64,000 bases of DNA from Gammaproteobacteria bacterium (GTDB lineage Bacteria; Pseudomonadota; Gammaproteobacteria; Natronospirales; REEB76), in the NCBI GenBank assembly GCA_036271575.1, contig DATBAJ010000060.1:5579-69578 (forward strand). The letters run 5' to 3'. Positions 9,960 through 17,453 of the stretch are shown here, one piece after another. Numbering within the stretch: position 1 is the first letter of the stretch; every line of letters begins with the position of its first letter. The notes beneath the pieces are model-generated. The model was not told the DNA's origin, did not search any database, and worked only from the letters and a program-made list of their open reading frames with translations. The translations under genes and the position numbers were made by a program.

Positions 9960-10074
9960 TGAGGACGGTGTCTTTACGCGGGCACTGCCCGCGTCCGTCC
10001 GAACGACGCCACAGGGATGTGGCGGCTGGGCAATACACCAGGGATGGGTCCGTGGACTTCTGCATCAAAATCTA

Positions 10075-10162
10075 TGGTGCCCGGAGAGGGAATCGAACCC
10101 ACACTCCTTTAGAGGGAACGGGATTTTGAGTCCCGCGCGTCTACCAGTTCCGCCATCCGGGC
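10075..10162 (-). tRNA. tRNA-Leu (CAA)
   Basis: Reverse complement GCCCGGATGGCGGAACTGGTAGACGCGCGGGACTCAAAATCCCG...GGTTCGATTCCCTCTCCGGGCACCA; CAA anticodon, long variable arm, encoded CCA. Confidence 0.97.
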
Positions 10163-10217
10163 AATCTTGGGAGCGGGGTATTCTGCCACAGGCCTGCCAG
10201 CCTGTGGATAGGCAGGC

Positions 10218-10481
10218 TCAATACTCGGCGAAGGCATCGTCCGGGAAGCAGTAGAGCCAGCGTTCGCCGGGCTCGCCGGAGGCGATGACCGGATGGCCGG
10301 TGGTATCGGCGTGCTTGTGGGCGTGGCGGTTGGGCGAATCGTCGCAGCACAGGGTCACGCCGCACTGCTGGCAGACCCGCAGGTGCACCCAGCGGGCGCC
10401 GATCTTGACGCATTCCTCGCATTCGCGGCGCCGGGGTTGTTTGACTTCGGTGACGGCGCGGATGTGATCGCAGACGGGCAT
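10218..10481 (-). CDS. UBP-type zinc finger protein
   Basis: 'CDH...CEEC...WVHLRVCQQCG..LCCDDSPNRHAHKH...HPV...W.YC'. Confidence 0.9.
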   Translation of the reverse strand: MPVCDHIRAVTEVKQPRRRECEECVKIGARWVHLRVCQQCGVTLCCDDSPNRHAHKHADTTGHPVIASGEPGERWLYCFPDDAFAEY

Positions 10482-10489
10482 GGGAGCTC

Positions 10490-12169
10490 CTATTCCTGGA
10501 GGGACTTGTGCACGAAGGAGATGGCGACGGAGCCTTCGCCCACGGCGGAGGCGACGCGCTTGATGCTGCCGCTACGCACGTCGCCCACGGCGAATACCCC
10601 GGGAAGGCTAGTCTCGAAGGCCTGCGGTGGCTGGGAGCGGGCCCAGTGCGCGGCGGCGAGTTCCTCGGGGCTGAGATCGATGCCGGTCTTGATGAAGCCG
10701 TGAGGGTCCAGGGTCAGGCAGCCTTGCAGCCAGCCGGTGGCAGGATCGGCGCCGGCCATGATGAAGACATGGCGGATGGGATTCTCCTGCTCCTGACCGA
10801 CGGCATGGTCCAACCAGCGCACCTTCTCCAGATGGGCGGCGCCTTCCAAGGCGGCGATCTCGGTGCGCACGTGCAGGGTGATGCGCGGGTGCTCCTCGAT
10901 GCGCCGGATGAGATAGCGGGACATGCTGGCGGCGAGGCCTTCCGCCCGCACCAGCATGTGCACGTGTCGGGCGTTCTCGGCGAGGAACACCGCCGCCTGG
11001 CCCGCCGAGTTGCCGCCGCCCACCATGATCACTTCCTCGCCGGTGCAGAGCTGGGCTTCCATGAAAGTGGCCGCATAGTAGATGCCGGCGCCCTCGAAGC
11101 GGGCCAGGTTCGGCAGCGGCGGTTTGCGGTAGGCCGCTCCCGAGGCGATGAGCACACAGCGCGCCGCATAGCTCTTGCCGTCCTCGGTCTCGATGCGGTA
11201 CGGACGCTGGCCGCACAGCAGCTTGCGGGCGCCCCGGGCGATGCTGAGCTGGGCGCCGAACTTCTGGGCCTGGGCGTAAGCGCGGGCGCCGAGTTCCTGT
11301 CCGGTGATGCCGGTGGGGAAACCGAGGTAGTTCTCGATGCGCGAGCTCGAACCCGCCTGGCCGCCGGGGGAGTCGGTCTCGATCACGAGCACGTCCAGCC
11401 CTTCCGAGGCTCCGTACACGGCAGCGGCGAGGCCGGAGGGACCGGCTCCGATCACGATGAGATCCCGCAGCTGTCCGGAGTCGATGTTCTCGTTGAAACC
11501 CAGGCACTCGGCGATGTCGTGGTTGCTGGGGTCGCGCAGCAAGAGCTCGCCACGGCAGATGAGCACGGGGATATCCGCGGCGGTGAACTTGAAATGGTCG
11601 AAGAGTTCCTGCACGTCCGGGTCGTGATCCAAGTCCACGTAGCTATAGGGATGGCTGTTGCGCGCCAGGAACTCCTTGATGCGCAGCGTGCCGGCACTGT
11701 GCTGCGAACCCACCAGGACCACGTCGCCGAAGCCGTGGGCGACGAGTTCCAGGCGGCGCAGGATGAAGGCACGCATCAGGATCTCGCTGAGCTCGCTGTC
11801 CACCTGCACAAGAGTCAGTATCCCGGCGTGATCCAGTTCCAGGACCTCGCCGGGCTCACGCACGCGAGCGCGCATCAGGGTGCGCCGTCCTGAGAGGGTC
11901 TGTACCTCGCCGCTGAACTGGCCGGGCTGGTGGATGACCACCAGGTCTTCGCCGTGGCGGGAGGGCCTGAGGATGTCGACCTTGCCGGACGTCACCACGA
12001 AGAACGGCGGGCGCTCCTGGCCGGCTTCGAACAGGATCTCGCCGCGCTGTACTGCGCGGCGCCGGCCATGGGCGGCCACCCGTTCGACCTGCGCGGGCGT
12101 GAGAGTCGGGAACATCTGCTCGACGGAGGTCGGCAGTGTGGGTTTGGCGGGACTGGGGTCGGCGGCCAT
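10490..12169 (-). CDS. cNMP-binding domain + thioredoxin-reductase-like FAD oxidoreductase
   Basis: N-terminal cNMP fold ('PGQFSGE'), GAGPSG FAD motif, GGGNSAGQAA NADPH motif, 'GVFAVGDVR'. Confidence 0.9.
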   Translation of the reverse strand: MAADPSPAKPTLPTSVEQMFPTLTPAQVERVAAHGRRRAVQRGEILFEAGQERPPFFVVTSGKVDILRPSRHGEDLVVIHQPGQFSGEVQTLSGRRTLMRARVREPGEVLELDHAGILTLVQVDSELSEILMRAFILRRLELVAHGFGDVVLVGSQHSAGTLRIKEFLARNSHPYSYVDLDHDPDVQELFDHFKFTAADIPVLICRGELLLRDPSNHDIAECLGFNENIDSGQLRDLIVIGAGPSGLAAAVYGASEGLDVLVIETDSPGGQAGSSSRIENYLGFPTGITGQELGARAYAQAQKFGAQLSIARGARKLLCGQRPYRIETEDGKSYAARCVLIASGAAYRKPPLPNLARFEGAGIYYAATFMEAQLCTGEEVIMVGGGNSAGQAAVFLAENARHVHMLVRAEGLAASMSRYLIRRIEEHPRITLHVRTEIAALEGAAHLEKVRWLDHAVGQEQENPIRHVFIMAGADPATGWLQGCLTLDPHGFIKTGIDLSPEELAAAHWARSQPPQAFETSLPGVFAVGDVRSGSIKRVASAVGEGSVAISFVHKSLQE

Positions 12170-12325
12170 GGACGGAGTCTATACTCCGGCCATCGCCCCT
12201 GGCATCCGGTCAAATCAGCACGCGTCCGGTACTACCGGACCCTCAGCCACCAAGCGATCACGAGTGGCGGCGGGGATCAGGCGCGTCATGCGCGCCCACT
12301 TCTCGCGGCTGCCCGGGATCCTGGG

Positions 12326-13201
12326 CTATTCCACGCAGATGAAGCGCACCGCGTCCTCGGACACCGCATCCTTCGCATCGCCGAGGCCGATGTCGCCGGC
12401 GCCGCGGATCGGCACGCCGTTGTTGTGCACCTTCACCTTGTCGCCGTCGGAGAAGCGCACGAAGGTGCCGTTGCCGCTCTGGTCCACCAGCACGAAGTTG
12501 CCATCCTTGTATTCGATGCGGGCATGCAGGCGCGAAGCGCTCTGGTGGTTGACGATGAGGTCGCACTGGCTGGAACGGCCCATGATGATCGCCGGCTGCG
12601 ACTCGCTCACCTGGATCTGCTGGTCGCGGTAGCTGATCACCAGGTGCACGTGGGCAGTGACGTCCTGTTTCTCGAACATCATGGTGACCATGCGGGTACG
12701 GTCGGCCTCGCTGGGTTCGGTCCAGGGCATCTCGTAGAGCGCGGCACCGGCGCCCTGCGGCACCGGCTTCAGGGAACTCACCGCAGAGCCCTGCAGCGCA
12801 GGCGTGAGCGCTTTCCAGGCCGGCTCACTCAGCACCAGGGCCATCTGATCCGCGAGCCCGGCCACGCTTTGTACCACCAGACCCAGCGCGCCCTTGGCAG
12901 CAGTCTTGCCGGGGCCCTCGCCGCCGGCGTGCAGGGCCATGTGTACGGGCGAGGTGGGCGGGTCGGTGGAGATGAGAGCCAAGTGCAGTTCGCGGGCCGC
13001 TTCGACGGCGGTGTCTGTGCTTTCGAACGCGGCCAGCACGTGGCGGTTGTCGAATTCCTCGAGCTGCGCGCCGCGGTTCTTGAGCAGGGCCTGCAGCGGC
13101 ACCAGACGCGGGTCTTCGGCGGTCAGACCGCCCGGGCCCTCGGCGCCGCCGAACTCGGCGAGCAGCACGGCGACGGTCTTGGCTTTGTTGAATATGAACA
13201 T
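12326..13201 (-). CDS. FHA-domain protein with degenerate class III cyclase-like N-terminal domain
   Basis: FHA 'MGR...CDL...ASRLHARIE...LVDQSGNGTFV'; N-terminus follows cyclase fold pattern but lacks the catalytic Asp motifs. Confidence 0.7.
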   Translation of the reverse strand: MFIFNKAKTVAVLLAEFGGAEGPGGLTAEDPRLVPLQALLKNRGAQLEEFDNRHVLAAFESTDTAVEAARELHLALISTDPPTSPVHMALHAGGEGPGKTAAKGALGLVVQSVAGLADQMALVLSEPAWKALTPALQGSAVSSLKPVPQGAGAALYEMPWTEPSEADRTRMVTMMFEKQDVTAHVHLVISYRDQQIQVSESQPAIIMGRSSQCDLIVNHQSASRLHARIEYKDGNFVLVDQSGNGTFVRFSDGDKVKVHNNGVPIRGAGDIGLGDAKDAVSEDAVRFICVE

Positions 13202-13689
13202 CGGGCCTTACTGAGGTGATGCCGGCCGCAGGTGTATTGCCAACCTTATCAGCAGGATAAGGCGGTTACATGCGGCAAAGCCGGAGGAAATCCCTTGCGT
13301 TGAAGTGTAACAACCGTCTGCTAGGCTTGCACGGTGCCGATTTATGTCACGCGCCGGAGACAATAGTTTCACCACACCTGAACTAGTGTACGGTCTGCTT
13401 TGAATTTGCTGATAATTTCATTGGTCAAAGTGCCATGTTAACCTAATGACCGCATGCTAGACTGCGACGGAACCTGAATTAGGGACACGAAACAATCCAA
13501 GTGGTTGTTTCGAGTGATCTTTAAGAAGGACTCGGCGCCAGGACGGTTTCATTCCGCTGTCGCGACAGCGGTAAGCAGGGGCTCAATTCCAGCTGCGTAA
13601 TGCGGGCATCGCCTGGAGGTGCCGCTTCGACGACCGTCGCATTGGCGCGTCGTACGCAGGTCGGGGCCAAACAAACGAAGGTGCGGGTA

Positions 13690-15261
13690 GTGGATGAAGC
13701 TGCCGTAAACCAGCAGTTTGCCGGATTGGGGTCGCTCCCGATCGATGCCGCGCAGCCGTGCGGGCAATCCGCGCGCTACGAACCTGAATTCGAACAACTC
13801 GAAGCCGAACTCGCCAAGCAGGAATCCCTGACACCCACCGCCGTGGATTGGGGCAGGGTGGTCGAGCTCTCCTCCGCCATCCTGCAATCCAAGTCCAAGG
13901 ACCTGTTGGTGGCGGCGTATCTGTGCCGCGGCCTGATGGAGACCCAGCGCTATGCGGGGCTCGCCACCGGCCTCAAGGTGCTGCGCGATATGGCGCTCAC
14001 CCACTGGGACGGCCTGTTCCCGGAACTGAAGCGCATGCGCGCCCGCGCCACCGCCATCTCCTGGCTCGCGGAGAAGACCGGCAAGCAGGTACGCGACACT
14101 AGACCTAAGGCCGCCGAGAAAGCTGCGCTGGAGCAAGCGGCGGCGTTCCTCAAGGAACTGGACAGCTGTCTCGTGGACAAGATGGGGCAGGACGCACCGG
14201 GCCTGACCGACCTCAGCCGCCCCCTCAAGGATCACCTGCAATCCCTGGATACCCCGGCACCCGCGGCCAAGCCTGCTGCTGCCGCGGCGCCGCGTCCCGC
14301 TGCCGCGCCAGCGGCGGAGATCGCCGAGGTGGCCAACGACGCCGACGCCAAGAAGGCCCTGCGCCAGATGCAGGAGCTGGCGCGCAAGGTCAGCAAATAT
14401 TGGTTAGCCAAGGACGTGGCGGACCCACGCGCCTACCGGCTCAACCGCCTCACCGGCTGGATGACGGTGGAGGCAGCGCCCACCCATGCCAGCGGACTCA
14501 CCCAGATCCCGGCACCGGCTCCGGAACGCCTCAAGCAGTTCGAGACCCAACGCCAGGCGGGCCAGATCGAAGCGCTGCTGCCGGAGCTGGAGGCGCAGCT
14601 CGCCAAGGCGCCGTACTGGCTGGACGGCCAGCGGCTCGCGGCCGATGCGCTGGGTACGCTGGGCGAGCGCGGCGCCGCGGCGCGCAAGACGGTGCTGCGG
14701 GAACTGGCGCATTTCCTGGCCACGGTGCCGGGGCTCACGGAACTCAAGTTCGTGGGCGACAAGCCCTTCGCCGACGAGGCGACCCAGGATTTCATCGAAG
14801 AACATGCGACCGTCGGCGAAGCGCCGGCGGGTGGATCCAAGCGCACCAAGAAGGGCAAAGACGCCGCGCCCTGGGACGAGGCCTACAACAACGCCCGTGC
14901 CGCGGCCACCTCCGGCAACCTGGATGCGGCCATCAAGCAGCTGGACGAGGGCCACGCCGCCACCGCCAACGCCCACGACCAGTTCATGTGGCGCCTGGCC
15001 CTGGCGCAACTCCTGGTGCAGAGCGGTCATGCCAACGTCGCCGCACCCATCCTCGAGGCGCTGGTGGCGCGCATCGAGGAGTTCCGGCTGCGCGAATGGG
15101 AACCGGACACCGCGGTGCGCGTCTATAAGTTATTGCTCTCGGCTTACGAGAAGACCACCGGAAAATCCAAGAATGCCCAGGACACCGCGGCGCGCAGCGC
15201 CCAGGCGTTCTCGGCGCTCAGCAGCTTAGATCCGATACTCGCCCTAAACGTGAAGCTATAA
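13690..15261 (+). CDS. tssA: T6SS TssA (ImpA_N + VasJ-type C-terminal domain); probable GTG start at 13690
   Basis: 'RYEPEFEQLEAEL','DWGRV','KSKDLLVAAYL','WDGLFP','PYWLDGQRL','PFADEAT','WEP'. Confidence 0.9.
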   Translation: MDEAAVNQQFAGLGSLPIDAAQPCGQSARYEPEFEQLEAELAKQESLTPTAVDWGRVVELSSAILQSKSKDLLVAAYLCRGLMETQRYAGLATGLKVLRDMALTHWDGLFPELKRMRARATAISWLAEKTGKQVRDTRPKAAEKAALEQAAAFLKELDSCLVDKMGQDAPGLTDLSRPLKDHLQSLDTPAPAAKPAAAAAPRPAAAPAAEIAEVANDADAKKALRQMQELARKVSKYWLAKDVADPRAYRLNRLTGWMTVEAAPTHASGLTQIPAPAPERLKQFETQRQAGQIEALLPELEAQLAKAPYWLDGQRLAADALGTLGERGAAARKTVLRELAHFLATVPGLTELKFVGDKPFADEATQDFIEEHATVGEAPAGGSKRTKKGKDAAPWDEAYNNARAAATSGNLDAAIKQLDEGHAATANAHDQFMWRLALAQLLVQSGHANVAAPILEALVARIEEFRLREWEPDTAVRVYKLLLSAYEKTTGKSKNAQDTAARSAQAFSALSSLDPILALNVKL

Positions 15262-15277
15262 GACGGAGGAAGCAGTC

Positions 15278-15781
15278 ATGGCGGATAACAAGGGTTCAGT
15301 GGCGCCGAAAGAGCGCGTCAACATCGTCTACCAGTCCGAGACCGGCGACAACACCGATGAGGTCGAATTGCCATTGAAGATGCTGGTGCTCGGCGACTTC
15401 ACCGGCAAGCCCAACGACAAGGCGGTTGAGGAGCGCGCGCCGGTCAACATCAACAAGGACAACTTCGACGCGGTGGTCAAGGGCCACAACCTCGGCGTGA
15501 ACATGACCATCAAGAACACGCTGGACCCGAAGCAGCAGGGCAACATGGACGTGAGCCTGAAGATCAACAGCTACAAGGACTTCTCGCCGGACCGCGTCGC
15601 CGAACAGGTGCCGGAGCTGAAGCAGATGCTGGAGCTGCGCAAGAACCTGATGGCGCTCAAGGGTCCGCTGGGCAACGTGCCGGCCTTCCGCCGCGCGATC
15701 CAGGACCTGCTGAAGGATGAGACCACGCGCGCCGCGGTCATGAAGGAACTGGGCGTCGACGACAAGGGCAACAAGAAGTGA
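15278..15781 (+). CDS. tssB: T6SS sheath small subunit TssB (VipA)
   Basis: 'SVAPKERVNIVY','VELPLKMLVLGDFTG','DFSPD.VAEQVPEL','LKGPLGNVPAFR'. Confidence 0.96.
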   Translation: MADNKGSVAPKERVNIVYQSETGDNTDEVELPLKMLVLGDFTGKPNDKAVEERAPVNINKDNFDAVVKGHNLGVNMTIKNTLDPKQQGNMDVSLKINSYKDFSPDRVAEQVPELKQMLELRKNLMALKGPLGNVPAFRRAIQDLLKDETTRAAVMKELGVDDKGNKK

Positions 15782-15832
15782 CCTTGCCGGTCCGCGCCAT
15801 ACGAACCACACAGTCTTAGAGAGGCGACCATC

Positions 15833-17398
15833 ATGAGCGAGATGAAAAAAGAAGGGCAGACCGCCGAGGCGGCTGAGGGATCCCTGCTCGACCAGATCAT
15901 GCAGGAGACGCGGCTCAAACCCAGCGAAGAAGGCTACGAGATCGCGAAGAAGGGCGTCGAAGCCTTCATCTCCGAACTCCTGCAGCCGCAGCGCAAGACT
16001 GAGAAGGTCGAGCAGAAGCTGGTGGACGAGATGATCGCCGAGATCGACCGCAAGCTCAGCAAGCAGGTCGACGAGATCCTGCACAACGCGGACTTCCAGA
16101 AACTGGAATCCTCCTGGCGCGGCCTGAAGTCGCTGGTGGACCGCACTGACTTCCGCGAGAACACCAAGCTCGAGATGCTGAGCGTGGCCAAGGAAGAGCT
16201 GCTGCAGGACTTCGAGGATGCGCCGGAAGTGGCTAAATCGGGCCTCTACAAGCACGTCTATACCGCGGAGTTCGGCCAGTTCGGCGGCGCCCCCTACGGC
16301 GCCATGATCGGTGCCTACGACTTCGGCCCCGGTGCCCAGGACATCCAGCTGTTGCGCAACATCGCCAGCGTCAGCGCCATGTCGCACGCGCCGTTCGTGG
16401 CGGCTGCCGCGCCGCAGTTCTTCGGCGTGGACTCTTATGAGGAATTGGCCGCCATCAAGGACATGCAGGCCACCTTCGAGGGCCCGCAGTATGCCAAGTG
16501 GCGCGCCTTCCGTGAGTCGGACGATTCCCGCAACGTGGGCCTGACCGCGCCGCGCTTCATGCTGCGCGCACCCTATGGCGAGAACAACAAGGCCCGTGAG
16601 TTCAATTACGTGGAGAGCGTGAAGGGCCACAACGACTATCTGTGGGGCAATACCGCGTTCTCCTTCGCCTCGCGCCTGTCCGACAGCTTCAAGCAATACC
16701 GCTGGTGCCCGAACGTGATCGGCCCGCAGAGCGGCGGCATGGTGGATAACCTGCCGGTGCACACCTACCAGGACAAGGGCGAGACCAAGACCAAGCCGCC
16801 CGTGGAGGCCTTGATCTCGGACCGCCGCGAGTTCGAGCTGGCTGAGCAGGGCTTCATCCCGCTGGTGGCGAAGAAGGACAGCGACCACGCCGTGTTCTTC
16901 TCCGCCAACTCGGTGCAGAAAGCCAAGTCCTTCGGCAACAGCGCCGAAGGCAAGGAAGCGGAGATGAACTTCCGCCTCGGCACGCAGCTGCCTTATCTCC
17001 TGATCGTGAACCGCCTGGCCCACTACCTGAAGGTGCTGCAGCGCGAGCACATCGGCAGCTGGAAGACGCGCAACGACCTGGACCGTGAGTTGAATGCCTG
17101 GATCCGCCAGTACGTGGCCGACCAGGACAATCCGCCGGCGTCGGTGCGCAGCCGCCGTCCCTTGCGTGAAGCCAAGGTCACGGTTTCGGACATCGAGGGC
17201 CAGGCCGGCTGGTACAAGGTGGAACTGTCGGTGCGTCCGCACTTCAAGTACATGGGCGCGGCCTTCACCTTGTCGCTGGTCGGCAAGCTGGAGAAGGAAG
17301 GCGGCGGCGGTGGGGATGAAGGTGGCGGCGATGCCGGCGGGGATGATGCCGGTGGCGACGCAGGTGGCGGCGATGCGGGCGGTGACGCGCCGGCCTGA
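15833..17398 (+). CDS. tssC: T6SS sheath large subunit TssC (VipB) with Gly/Asp C-terminal tail
   Basis: 'LLDQIM','FQKLESSWRGL','EFGQFGG.PYG','LWGN','RLAHYLKVLQRE','VRPHFKYMGA.FTLSLVGKL'. Confidence 0.97.
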   Translation: MSEMKKEGQTAEAAEGSLLDQIMQETRLKPSEEGYEIAKKGVEAFISELLQPQRKTEKVEQKLVDEMIAEIDRKLSKQVDEILHNADFQKLESSWRGLKSLVDRTDFRENTKLEMLSVAKEELLQDFEDAPEVAKSGLYKHVYTAEFGQFGGAPYGAMIGAYDFGPGAQDIQLLRNIASVSAMSHAPFVAAAAPQFFGVDSYEELAAIKDMQATFEGPQYAKWRAFRESDDSRNVGLTAPRFMLRAPYGENNKAREFNYVESVKGHNDYLWGNTAFSFASRLSDSFKQYRWCPNVIGPQSGGMVDNLPVHTYQDKGETKTKPPVEALISDRREFELAEQGFIPLVAKKDSDHAVFFSANSVQKAKSFGNSAEGKEAEMNFRLGTQLPYLLIVNRLAHYLKVLQREHIGSWKTRNDLDRELNAWIRQYVADQDNPPASVRSRRPLREAKVTVSDIEGQAGWYKVELSVRPHFKYMGAAFTLSLVGKLEKEGGGGGDEGGGDAGGDDAGGDAGGGDAGGDAPA

Positions 17399-17453
17399 TC
17401 CGGGAGCTTAGTACCCGTACCTGATCCTTATATTAAGGAAGCGATCCGCCGTC

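Noticed and set aside
13202..13689. Sigma-54 promoter or c-di-GMP riboswitch upstream of the T6SS
   Set aside because: Best match (minus strand CGGCAC-CGTGC-AAGC near 13324-13339) lacks the TTGC box and points away from tssA. Small hairpins exist but I could not fit the GEMM consensus; Rfam cmscan would be needed.
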